From assembly GCA_027364845.1 (NCBI GenBank), contig DAHXOO010000002.1, positions 12,156 through 76,155 on the forward strand: 64,000 nucleotides of DNA, written 5' to 3'. This DNA comes from Pseudomonadota bacterium. GTDB taxonomy: Bacteria > Pseudomonadota > Gammaproteobacteria > Acidiferrobacterales > UBA6901. Below the pieces are notes generated by a model. That model was not told where the DNA came from. It ran no database searches and was given only the letters and a program-made list of their open reading frames with translations. A program made the translations under genes and the position numbers. Positions 9,538-20,445 of this stretch are shown here, in pieces; positions within the stretch are counted from its first letter, which is position 1; each line of letters starts with the position of its first letter.

Positions 9538-10280
9538 GCCTGAGTCATCCAGAAGCAAATGCCGACATTATAGGTAGGGCCTCGAACCGTGCAATCGATG
9601 CCTACCCGGAACGACCATAGTCCACCTGACGGTACGGAACTACGGGGGCAGATGAATCGTGTTTTGGCCGGGGGAAACTTCGCTAAGGTAGTGGCGATGG
9701 GGTGCAGATGGGCGGCACCATGAAGATGGTCACGATGATAGCGCGATCGATAATGCATTCGAGACGGATCGGGAGTCTACCCCATAATGCAACCGGGTCG
9801 ATAAGCAGAATAGACGATGTTACTTCAATCGAATTGGACGTGCGACAACTGTGATTCCGACCGCGGGCGGTATACCCTATGCCTACGGCATGCACACCCC
9901 GCAGTCCAGGTCTTGGGGCTGAGTACTGTCTGCCGCAACATCAGGCTTAACCGGCCAACACGCAAGAGTTAGGAAAATCACATCGGTTTGCAGTCGCGCC
10001 CGCGGCCGACATTTGCTCTTCCAGAATGATCATCACGCATCCGGACTGGCGAGGTTCGCCCCAGGAGGAAAGAAGTCGTTACTTCGATCCTGAAAGTGCG
10101 ACGACAGGAGTGGCTGATGCCAATATGGGAAGCGTGCGAAAGGATAAACGCTTCTTAATGATTGTAACTAAGAAAATCACCGGACCCGGAGTTAAAGAAG
10201 TGGTGATCTACCCAGTCTTGGACTGATATATCGCGGGTACACGGCGGGCAGGATCCCTCATGACAGTTTAATCGCACATA

Positions 10281-10303
10281 CTAATCAGTTCGTAAGTATC
10301 TAC
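10281..10303. repeat. IS630 terminal inverted repeat (left)
   Basis: CTAATCAGTTCGTAAGTATCTAC; the reverse complement of 11368-11390 matches at 20 of 23 positions. Confidence 0.8.
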
Positions 10304-10309
10304 GCATAT

Positions 10310-11335
10310 TTACGCTGCGTAGCGCGTATCAGGGGATTGGAAGAAGCTGCGCACCCGGTCCGGGCGCTTCTGCAGGAAGCGTAGGCGTCCGACGACAGCG
10401 CGATGCAAGTCCTTCGGTCCGTCGAGCTTGGAGCGACCGACGGCATTGTTCTTCACGTCGTTCCAGACGAGTTCATCCGGGTTGAGCTCCGGAGAGTACG
10501 GCGGCAGGAAGTACAGCCGCAGTTTGCCTTCGAGGCTCTCGACGAATTCTTTGACGATCTTGGCTCGATGCGCCGGGTGACCATCGACGATCAGGAACAC
10601 CGGCCGCCGTTGCCCGTGCATCAGGCGCTTGAGGAATTCGATGAACACCCGGGCACCGACTCCGCCCTTGACCACCATGAAGCGCAATGCACCGCGCGGG
10701 CTGATCGCCGAGATCATGTTGAGGCTGAAGCGCTGGCCCGTCACCCGCACGATCGGGGTCTGACCGCGCACCGCCCAGGTGCTGCCGCTGTGAAAATCCG
10801 AACGCACTCCGGACTCGTCCTCGAAGAAAACCTCCGCTTTCTCCCGCTTCGCCAGTGCCCTAATTCGCGGATACTCCCTCTTCAGCCACTGCTGCACACG
10901 GGATCCGTCCTGCTGGTAGGCCCGCCACAGCGGTTTCTGACAGGTCAGCCCGAGCTGCGCCAGCAGCCGTCCCACCGACACCAGGCTCAAGCGCACGCCG
11001 CAGTGCTTGCGGATCAGACTCTGAACCATCCCGCGCGTCCACAGCGCAAACGGAAACCCCCGTTGCAGCGGGTTCTTGCCCGTCACCGTCCGATAGACCC
11101 ACTGCATGTCCCGACCCGACAGCCTCCTCGGCCGCCCCGGTATCTTCTTCGCCTTCAGCGCATCCCAGCCACCGGCCCGGTACATCGCCAGCCAGCTGTA
11201 AATACATCGCCTGGTGAAACCCAGTGCCCGAATGACTGCCTCCGGACTCTCCCCCGCCTGCACCTGCCGCACCGCCCGCACTCGAATCGCCTCCAGCGTC
11301 CCGTGATCCAGCGTGCGCGCATCTTGCTTGTCCAT
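10310..11335 (-). CDS. IS630-family DDE transposase
   Basis: 341 aa. N-terminal HTH region ([22 protein letters not shown]), a C-terminal DDE region (FEDESG...VDGHPAH...[13 protein letters not shown]), and a typical IS630 architecture. Confidence 0.9.
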   Translation of the reverse strand: MDKQDARTLDHGTLEAIRVRAVRQVQAGESPEAVIRALGFTRRCIYSWLAMYRAGGWDALKAKKIPGRPRRLSGRDMQWVYRTVTGKNPLQRGFPFALWTRGMVQSLIRKHCGVRLSLVSVGRLLAQLGLTCQKPLWRAYQQDGSRVQQWLKREYPRIRALAKREKAEVFFEDESGVRSDFHSGSTWAVRGQTPIVRVTGQRFSLNMISAISPRGALRFMVVKGGVGARVFIEFLKRLMHGQRRPVFLIVDGHPAHRAKIVKEFVESLEGKLRLYFLPPYSPELNPDELVWNDVKNNAVGRSKLDGPKDLHRAVVGRLRFLQKRPDRVRSFFQSPDTRYAA

Positions 11336-11367
11336 AGGCCAAGCATATCAAACATTCGAACAAATGA

Positions 11368-11390
11368 GTAGTTACTTATGGACTGATTAG
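11368..11390. repeat. IS630 terminal inverted repeat (right)
   Basis: GTAGTTACTTATGGACTGATTAG, followed by TA. Confidence 0.8.
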
Positions 11391-11494
11391 TATCCCACTT
11401 CAGCTGCTGCGTAGATGAAACGGCTGTAAGAATTTTACGATGCAAGATAAGCGGTCAAATTTCGATAACACGAGACAACACAAGGAGGATGTCC

Positions 11495-11713
11495 ATGCCA
11501 GGAGCAACGTTATTACGCATCGATCTATTGCCGGTCATCGTCGTCGGCCTGCTGCTCGGCGGCCGTGCCCGGACGTTCCTGGGTACTCCGGACCGTAAAC
11601 CCGGTGACGTCTCTGGCGAGCGTTATGTGACCTTAGCAAGCGGCGAGCCTGCGGTGTTCAGCTTCAGCATCAGTGCGACGCGGATCGTACCGGGCGAACC
11701 ACCACAAGGTTGA
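11495..11713 (+). CDS. Hypothetical small membrane protein (72 aa)
   Basis: Strong SD AAGGAGG 6 nt upstream of ATG 11495. One hydrophobic helix (LLPVIVVGLLLGG). I recognise no family. Confidence 0.35.
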   Translation: MPGATLLRIDLLPVIVVGLLLGGRARTFLGTPDRKPGDVSGERYVTLASGEPAVFSFSISATRIVPGEPPQG

Positions 11714-11874
11714 TCGAATTGTTCGTAGTGTTATTTGGAGGGCCGACAGCACCGCGGGCACTCCTGTAGCGGAAAGCCCGTCCATTCGCTTCTTGCCTGG
11801 TGCCTCCGGGATCCGGCTTCGAACCGGCGGCGCTTCCAAAAGCTGCGGAGCGAATTGCGCCGTTTGGCATGGTA

Positions 11875-12171
11875 TCAGTGTTTGTGGTCCTTGACCGCGC
11901 GCTTGAACGCCCTGCCCCCGGCCCTGGCCGCAGCGCCGATGGCCTTCCCAACCTTCTTGGCATCATGTCCGATTTCCTTTCCTGCCTTCTTCGCGCTGTG
12001 GCCGATGTCATGAGCCGCTCTACCGGTCGCATGACCGATTTTCCTCGCGACATGCTTAAGACTGTCCCGGGACGCAAACGCACGCGGCGAGCCAGCGGTG
12101 ATCAATACCACTGCGCAGGCGCAAACCAGTATCTTGGCGAGCGCATTGGGGGAATTTGGATTGCGTTTCAT
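11875..12171 (-). CDS. Small secreted Lys/His-rich protein built from 11-residue repeats
   Basis: AAGGAG RBS upstream of ATG 12171. Signal peptide (ILVCACAVVLITAGSPRAFA). Then about five 11-mer repeats, each with an IGH or equivalent core (KIGHATGRAAH / DIGHSAKKAGK / EIGHDAKKVGK / AIGAAARAGGR). Confidence 0.55.
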   Translation of the reverse strand: MKRNPNSPNALAKILVCACAVVLITAGSPRAFASRDSLKHVARKIGHATGRAAHDIGHSAKKAGKEIGHDAKKVGKAIGAAARAGGRAFKRAVKDHKH

Positions 12172-12269
12172 CAATTACGACTCCTTTATTGACATGCGTT
12201 CTGCAAACGAACCTGGATGAACCGGGAGGTTCCACCTGTTCCACCCGGGTCAGCAAGACGGATAGCGGC

Positions 12270-12821
12270 CTAGGCCCTCGACACACACAGATTGCCCCGG
12301 ATATAAAACCGCAGCAACCTGCTGGCCCAAGCTCCGGCATAGTCGACACCGATGCGTGGTCTTTTCGCGATCTGGAAATGATCGACTTGAGGGCTGGCCG
12401 CAATGTAAAAAGTCTCGCTGATCAGATCGTGGGCGTTCAGGCGCCGGTCGATACGCATCGCCCTGCACAGCAGGCCGGGGCCTTGTGTCCGAGCTGTGAT
12501 ATTTTTTACCGGCTCGACCGCACGCAACAGCACAGCAGAGGCGTGGCCAGTTCGCTCGGTCACGACGTTCATGCAGTAATACATGCCGTATATCATGTAG
12601 ACATAGGCGTGTCCGGGCGGGCCGAACATCACCCTGGTCCGCTCGGTCAGACCCTTTACGGAGTGCGCCGCCAGGTCGTGCGGCCCGAGATAGGCCTCCA
12701 CTTCCACGATTCGGCCTACACGCTGCACCCCGCGCGAGTCGTGTACGAGATACTTCCCGAGCAGTTCCCGGGCAACTACGATCGTATCTCTGGCATAAAA
12801 TGCGCGACCGAGTTTTCGCAT
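12270..12821 (-). CDS. mpg: DNA-3-methyladenine glycosylase (MPG/AAG family)
   Basis: ARELLGKYLV, VEVEAYLG..D.AAHS and GHAYVYMIYGMYYCMNVV are hallmark MPG-family motifs. Confidence 0.88.
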   Translation of the reverse strand: MRKLGRAFYARDTIVVARELLGKYLVHDSRGVQRVGRIVEVEAYLGPHDLAAHSVKGLTERTRVMFGPPGHAYVYMIYGMYYCMNVVTERTGHASAVLLRAVEPVKNITARTQGPGLLCRAMRIDRRLNAHDLISETFYIAASPQVDHFQIAKRPRIGVDYAGAWASRLLRFYIRGNLCVSRA

Positions 12822-13427
12822 AGAATTTTATACTATATCGTGGTGCTTCTCCATTTCCAGACCCGAGCCAGCTTGCTCGGCGAACACAAATCCTCCCGGA
12901 AAGCCGGTCGCCAGACCCGCGAAGACCGCTGCGCCTCCCCGTGGAACGGCTGTTGCCGACAGCCAGACGCTCGGCTCTGCATAATCCTGAGCGAATAGAC
13001 CCACAGCACATTCTTGTCGGGACACCCGTTGCCTTCGCCTCCTGACAAAACCGCCATCCGGCGACCGCTCCAAGACGCTTTATCTGGATTGACGGATAAA
13101 CTGGCCGCAACAGGCACCGAGCCCGAATGACTTCTGATACGCGACAGACAGGAACGCAACCGCAGACAAATGCTTTCGGAATCGGTTGGCCTCATAGGGA
13201 AAACGGTATCGCATGTCGAACTTGTGTAGTGCTATGATAAAAAATTGCTGACTGAGTCGAGACTGGGCAAATTACCCAGATGGTGTGGTATTGCGCGGAC
13301 ACGGGCAATGGTGCGGACTGGCCATGTGAAAGGTTAGGCTCTTTCGTGCCAAAGAGCACCGTCAACGACGATGGGTCGCTGACCACAACCCGGTGTATTG
13401 CTTTCTGGAAATAGGGGGCTGACGGGC

Positions 13428-14144
13428 ATGTTGAGCTTGAAAGACAAGGTGGTGGTCATCACCGGAGCGGTCGGCAACCTGGGGCGCGCGGTGGCCAAGT
13501 GCGTGCAGGGTTTGGACAGTCGCACGGTCTTGGTTGACCGCTCCGGTGACCGGCTGCGCGAAGTGTATGGAGACTTAAAGGACTGCGCCAGGCACTGGCT
13601 TGCCGAAGGCGTAGACATGACCGACCCAAAAGCAGTTAACACACTGATGGCAGAAGCCCATAGGCGCTTCGGGCGGCTGGATGGCCTTGTGAACACTGTC
13701 GGTGGATTTCGAGGCGGCAAGCCGGTCCACCAGACCGACATTGCGGATTGGAACTGCCTGTATGACATCAACGTCCGAACCGCACTCAACGCCTGTCGCG
13801 CGGTGGTTCCCTATATGCTGCAAACGCAGGGTGGCCGCATCATCAACATTGCCAGTCGCAATGCCTTTCAGGGTGGCGCCAACTACGGCGCTTACAGCGC
13901 CGCCAAAACAGCGGTGCTGCGACTCACGGAAAGCATGGCAGGGGAACTGAACACACGGGGCATAACCGTCAATTGCATCGTGCCCGGGACACTCGACACT
14001 CCGCAGAACCGCGATGCCATGCCGAAAGCGGACTTTTCCGCCTGGGTCCCTCCGGCGGATGTCGCCAATGTGATAGCCTTTTTGCTGTCCGACGAGGCCC
14101 GATCGGTCACGGGCGCCGCGGTGCCGGTATACGGACGCAGCTAG
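13428..14144 (+). CDS. SDR-family oxidoreductase
   Basis: TGAVGNLG cofactor motif and YSAAK catalytic motif. The ATG at 13428 is preceded by AGGGGG. Confidence 0.88.
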   Translation: MLSLKDKVVVITGAVGNLGRAVAKCVQGLDSRTVLVDRSGDRLREVYGDLKDCARHWLAEGVDMTDPKAVNTLMAEAHRRFGRLDGLVNTVGGFRGGKPVHQTDIADWNCLYDINVRTALNACRAVVPYMLQTQGGRIINIASRNAFQGGANYGAYSAAKTAVLRLTESMAGELNTRGITVNCIVPGTLDTPQNRDAMPKADFSAWVPPADVANVIAFLLSDEARSVTGAAVPVYGRS

Positions 14145-14213
14145 ATACCGTGGAGCTTCCCTGCTGGCATCGGGACAACGCCAGATTGGGGCGCGAAGCT
14201 TGACCCGGGTGAC

Positions 14214-16391
14214 TCAGGTCTGCTCTTCGCGCACGTGATGGAACTGCTCGTGATAGAGTTGGGCGTATAGACCGCCGCGGGCAAGCAGTTCTGCGTGCCG
14301 ACCCAGATCGACGATGCGTCCCGCCTCCAGCACCACGATGCGGTCGGCATTGAGTATGGTCGACAGGCGGTGGGCGATCACGATCGACGTACGGCCCTTG
14401 AGGAGACGCGCCAATGCCTGCTGGATACGCCGCTCGGCGCGCGAATCGAGCGCCGAAGTGGCTTCGTCCAGCAGCAGAATCCTCGGGTTCTTGAGAAAGG
14501 CGCGCGCCAGAGCGAGGCGCTGCCGCTGACCACCGGAAAGCACCGCGCCACGCTCGCCAATCTCGGTCCATAGCCCCTCCGGCAACTCTTCGACGAACTC
14601 GCGCGCGTTCGCTGCCTCGAGCGCGGCCTCAATCTCTTCGGCGCCGGCATCCGGTTTGGCGAGCAGAAGGTTTTCCTGCACCGTCCCGGAGAACAAGATC
14701 GTTTCCTGGCTGACGATACCGATGTGTCGGCGCAGCGAGGCGAGCTCCAGATCGCGCAGATCTTCTCCGTCCAGCAGCAGGCGGCCAGCGCTTGGATCAT
14801 AGAAACGCGGCACAAGATTGGCGAACGTGGTCTTACCAGCCCCGCTCGGCCCAACCAGCGCAACGTTTTCTCCCGGAGCGATCGTGAGATCGACGTCGCG
14901 CAACACCGGGTTGTCCGGTTCGTAGCCAAAAGTTACGTGTTCGAACATGATTGCACCGAGGCAATCTGGGAGACTGCGTGCGTCGGGACGCTCGACCACG
15001 TGCGGCTGGGTGTCGAAATACTCGAACACCCGGTCTATGGCAGCGAGCGAGTTCGACAACACTACGCTCAAGTCCGAAAGGCGCTGCAGCGGGAAGTAGA
15101 ACATCCCAAGATAAAGCAGGAACTGCGTGAGCTCTCCCACTGTCATGCGCCCGGCGATGATCTGGGTCACCCCATACCACACCACCAGCACTGGCGCGGA
15201 ATGCACCACGAATCCGACGACCATTTCGTTGGCCGCAGTGTAGCGCACTGAATACAGAACCTTGTTGAGAAGCTTGTTCGCGTGCGTCGCGAAGAGCTGC
15301 GCCTCCTGGGTTTCTCGCGCAAAACCCTTCACCACTGAGACGCCCGCGACCTTTTCATGCAGCCCACCTGACAGAACCTCGAGACGCTGCTGCACCTCCC
15401 GAGTCGAGAGCCGGATCTTTGGTCCGATATAACGCAGTGATAACACGTATATCGGCATAAGAGATAGCGACACCAGCGCCATCATTGGATGGATCGAAAA
15501 CAGGATGATGATCAGCGCCAGCAGTAACGCACTGTCCATCCAGACGTTGGTGAGAGCGGAACCCACGAAATTCTGCGCCAGGCTGATGTCACTCACTACG
15601 CGCGAGACGATAGCGCCGGTCTGGTGGCGCAGGAAGAAGGAGTGCGACAGACGCTGCACGTGGTCGAAAAGCGCGACGCGCAAGTCGCGAATCATGCGGT
15701 GCCCGGCAACAGCAGCATAGACGCTACGAAGGTAGGTCGCCCCCATCCAAAGCAGGTTCAAGGCCAGCACGCCGAGCACCAGATACAGTGTTGTGCGCTC
15801 ACGGACATTCGGATCAATTCCACGCTTGAGCACGACATCGTCGAGTAGCACCCTTAGCATCCAAGGGAAGACGAGCGGCACGAGGAATTTCACCAGCCCG
15901 GCCGCGGTGGCAACGGCGACATAGCGCCAGTAGGGACGAACGTAGGACAGAAAGCGCCATACCGGTGCGCGCCGGTATTCGCGTGGCGCAAAGTGTGCGC
16001 GAACCGAATCTCCGACCGTATTCTTCACGTCGACAATGCGCGGGGCGCTTACGTCTACCTCCGGGTAACGCGAGCGCAACTGCAGGCTTCGTGTTACGTC
16101 GGGCGCGAGTCCTGTCGGCAGGCGGCGCTGGGTGATCGGGCCGGCGACAAGCATGTCCGCATCGAGATCGAGCACCAGCACCACGTACTCCGGTTCCGCC
16201 GACACTGCCGCGTCCAGAGCGGCAATCAATACACGGATGTCCTCCCAGCGGTCGAAGACGTAGTGGCGCCCATCGCTGCGCGCCATGCCGTCCTCGAGAT
16301 ACTTCGGGGCATCGTCGGCACGACAGAGGTGATAAAAAATCATGCCATGTGGATCAAACGGAAGGTTCCGCACACCGCCGCGACCATTCAT
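14214..16391 (-). CDS. ABC exporter, fused permease/ATPase (MsbA-like type I exporter) with an extra N-terminal domain of about 145 aa
   Basis: Six-TM exporter domain starts near WRFLSYVRPYWRYV. Walker A GPSGAGKTT, signature LSGGQRQR and Walker B ILLLDEATS are present. The N-terminal 145 aa are soluble-looking and lie outside the usual architecture. Confidence 0.85.
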   Translation of the reverse strand: MNGRGGVRNLPFDPHGMIFYHLCRADDAPKYLEDGMARSDGRHYVFDRWEDIRVLIAALDAAVSAEPEYVVLVLDLDADMLVAGPITQRRLPTGLAPDVTRSLQLRSRYPEVDVSAPRIVDVKNTVGDSVRAHFAPREYRRAPVWRFLSYVRPYWRYVAVATAAGLVKFLVPLVFPWMLRVLLDDVVLKRGIDPNVRERTTLYLVLGVLALNLLWMGATYLRSVYAAVAGHRMIRDLRVALFDHVQRLSHSFFLRHQTGAIVSRVVSDISLAQNFVGSALTNVWMDSALLLALIIILFSIHPMMALVSLSLMPIYVLSLRYIGPKIRLSTREVQQRLEVLSGGLHEKVAGVSVVKGFARETQEAQLFATHANKLLNKVLYSVRYTAANEMVVGFVVHSAPVLVVWYGVTQIIAGRMTVGELTQFLLYLGMFYFPLQRLSDLSVVLSNSLAAIDRVFEYFDTQPHVVERPDARSLPDCLGAIMFEHVTFGYEPDNPVLRDVDLTIAPGENVALVGPSGAGKTTFANLVPRFYDPSAGRLLLDGEDLRDLELASLRRHIGIVSQETILFSGTVQENLLLAKPDAGAEEIEAALEAANAREFVEELPEGLWTEIGERGAVLSGGQRQRLALARAFLKNPRILLLDEATSALDSRAERRIQQALARLLKGRTSIVIAHRLSTILNADRIVVLEAGRIVDLGRHAELLARGGLYAQLYHEQFHHVREEQT

Positions 16392-16496
16392 AACCGGGAT
16401 TTCGGCGGGACCGGGTTAGCCCGAAAACCCGGGTCATTCGGGAAGGATGCTGGTGTTGCACGGTGGCGGTCTGCATATACCGCGGCCGGCCGGCAT

Positions 16497-18525
<2,029 letters not shown>

Positions 18526-18637
18526 CACGCTATCGGATTCTCCACGGGATTGCAACGGCAGAGTGCCAGCGCTTGCACCTTAAGCGCAAAGTGCTTAACC
18601 TTGTACGCCTTTTTCCCTGCAATTCCCAGGTATTTTC

Positions 18638-19300
18638 ATGTCGCAAGTGGACGTTGATGTAGCTCGGCAAAACATGGTCGAATCTCAGATCCGCACTTGG
18701 GAGGTGTTGGACCCGCGCGTGCTGGAACTGGTGGCACGTGCGCCACGCGAGGCTTTCGTGCCGGAACAGTATCGGAGCCTGGCCTACGCCGACATGAGCC
18801 TGCCCCTCGGGCGCGGCCAGGTGATGATGGCGCCCAAGATGGAGGCGCGGCTCTTGCAGGTACTCGAGATCAGCCGCGGCGACAGGATTCTCGAGATCGG
18901 CACCGGGAGTGGTTACATGACTTGGCTGCTTTCGGCCCTCGGCGCCCACGTCTACAGCGTGGAAATCATCCCGCAGTTCAAGATGAACGCGGCTGCAAAA
19001 CTTGCTGCCCACGGCGCCACGAACGTCACGCTCGATATCGGCGACGGGGCACACGGGTGGAATCGCCATCAACCCTACGACGTGATTCTGCTCACCGGCT
19101 CCGTGCCGGTGTTGGCCGACACATTTCGCAGCAGCCTTGCGATCGGTGGACGTCTGGCCGCCGTCGTGGGAAAGCCGCCGGTTATGGAAGCGGTCCTGAT
19201 GCGGCGTGCTGGGCCGAACGGTTTCACCGAGGAAAGCCTGTTCGAAACCGATCTTGCGCCGCTGATAAATGCCAATGAGCCCGAGAAATTCATATTCTAG
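18638..19300 (+). CDS. pcm: Protein-L-isoaspartate O-methyltransferase family protein
   Basis: SAM-binding motif ILEIGTGSGY and a length of about 220 aa, as in the Pcm family. Confidence 0.82.
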   Translation: MSQVDVDVARQNMVESQIRTWEVLDPRVLELVARAPREAFVPEQYRSLAYADMSLPLGRGQVMMAPKMEARLLQVLEISRGDRILEIGTGSGYMTWLLSALGAHVYSVEIIPQFKMNAAAKLAAHGATNVTLDIGDGAHGWNRHQPYDVILLTGSVPVLADTFRSSLAIGGRLAAVVGKPPVMEAVLMRRAGPNGFTEESLFETDLAPLINANEPEKFIF

Positions 19301-19327
19301 CGCGCGGCGCGGACTAGGCGACATTTC

Positions 19328-19648
19328 ATGCAGCAGCTGAGCGTACGGCAGCTCAAGGCCCATCTCGATGCGGCTTCGGAAGCGCCGCAGTTGCTCGACG
19401 TGCGGGAAGCCTGGGAGGTGCGGCTGTGCGTGCTCGCAGGCTCGCTTCATATACCCATGAACCAGATTCCGGGGCGTCTCGAAGAACTTGATCGCGCGCG
19501 CCAGACGATCGTCATCTGCCATCACGGCGTGCGCAGCCATCGCGTTGCGCACTTTCTCGAGCATCAGGGATTCGCGAATGTCTGCAACCTGAGCGGCGGC
19601 ATCGATGCCTGGGCGCGCGAAATCGACCAAACGTTGGCAACATACTGA
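19328..19648 (+). CDS. Single-domain rhodanese (sulfurtransferase)
   Basis: 106 aa, with the active-site loop CHHGVRS. Confidence 0.85.
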   Translation: MQQLSVRQLKAHLDAASEAPQLLDVREAWEVRLCVLAGSLHIPMNQIPGRLEELDRARQTIVICHHGVRSHRVAHFLEHQGFANVCNLSGGIDAWAREIDQTLATY

Positions 19649-19690
19649 CGGCTGTCGGCGCCCTGGTCGAACGACAAAAAACTGATGGTG

Positions 19691-19731
19691 GCACTTTCCG
19701 GCAGTGCAGCGTCCGGAAAGTGCTTCGTACT
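19691..19731 (+). terminator. Strong hairpin downstream of the rhodanese gene (possible intrinsic terminator)
   Basis: Perfect 11-bp inverted repeat GCACTTTCCGG-N11-CCGGAAAGTGC followed by TTCGTACTT. The U-tract is weak. Confidence 0.45.
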
Positions 19732-19923
19732 TGGGGCGATTCTGCGCTGGCACAAAATCCCTATCGGCGGTTCGGCCGGCGACAACATTGTCACCGTACC
19801 CGGATTGGCCTAAGCTTCAATGCGGATCCGGCCGCTCGTCCTTCCATCACGGCGCTGGCAGAGGTATTGAAGGGCATACGCGTTCAAGTCATCCTGAAGA
19901 GATATTCCTGAACTGCGGAGCAA

Positions 19924-20445
19924 ATGGACATACAACTCTCCCACACCGCGCCTGGCTTCGACCAGCCACTTGCAATGCTGCGTGCATGCCACACGCGTAT
20001 CCTGCGGCAATGCGACTCTCTGGTCCGCCTGGCACAATACCTCGGCGACCAAGGCGTGACAGACGAAGCGCGCGAAACCGCGCACCGGGTGCATCGTTAC
20101 TTTTCGAGTGCAGGGAAACACCATCATGAAGACGAGGAACAGGATCTGTTTCCCTCGCTGCTTGCGGCACGCCCTGAACTGGCAAACGCAATCACTGAGC
20201 TCAGACTGGAGCACCGTGAAATGGAGCATCTTTGGGCACAGCTCGAACCAATGCTGCTCGACATCGGTTCGATAACCGACATCGCGGCATTCACTCACGA
20301 TGTATTGCAGTTCCGGGCGGTCTACCTCTCCCACATCGAACGCGAGAACACTGGGATTCTGCCGGCAGCGCAGAATGCGATATCGGCCGCTCAGCTTTCT
20401 GAGCTGGGCGCACAGATGGCACGCCGTCGTGGCGTCAGATTGTGA
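19924..20445 (+). CDS. Hemerythrin (HHE cation-binding) domain protein
   Basis: H...HHHEDEEQDLFP and EHREMEH motifs typical of hemerythrin-like domains. GGAG lies upstream of the ATG. Confidence 0.8.
   Translation: MDIQLSHTAPGFDQPLAMLRACHTRILRQCDSLVRLAQYLGDQGVTDEARETAHRVHRYFSSAGKHHHEDEEQDLFPSLLAARPELANAITELRLEHREMEHLWAQLEPMLLDIGSITDIAAFTHDVLQFRAVYLSHIERENTGILPAAQNAISAAQLSELGAQMARRRGVRL

Larger units (their letters stand above)
10281..11390 (-). mobile_element. Intact IS630-family insertion sequence (1110 bp)
   Basis: 23-bp imperfect terminal inverted repeats (20/23 identical) flank a single transposase ORF. The element is bracketed by TA (10279-10280) and TA (11391-11392), the target duplication expected for IS630/Tc1-mariner. 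Confidence 0.88.

Noticed and set aside
10065-10072. GAGGAAAG string reminiscent of the RNase P RNA conserved region.
   Set aside because: The following bases (AAGTCGTT) do not continue the GAGGAAAGUCCGGGC consensus, and no other RNase P conserved regions are nearby.
9840-10100. Two GTGCGAC motifs (9840 and 10096) resembling group II intron 5' ends.
   Set aside because: There is no domain V-like sequence, no intron-encoded RT/maturase and no plausible 3' AY boundary context. A 5-mer match is expected by chance.
10026-10226. 66-aa ORF in the A/T-richer block upstream of the IS.
   Set aside because: It has no SD, no recognisable motif and a mixed composition. I keep it only as part of the unexplained-region finding.
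11813-11827. tRNA-like T-arm (minus strand GCCGG-TTCGAAG-CCGG; the plus strand ends ...CGGCGCTTCCA), which could have marked a tRNA gene or att-site remnant in the accessory patch.
   Set aside because: I could not fold a D-arm or anticodon arm on either strand. The T-stem has only 4 clean pairs, and the acceptor pairing is imperfect at a 91-nt span. At most it is a fragment, so I did not call it.
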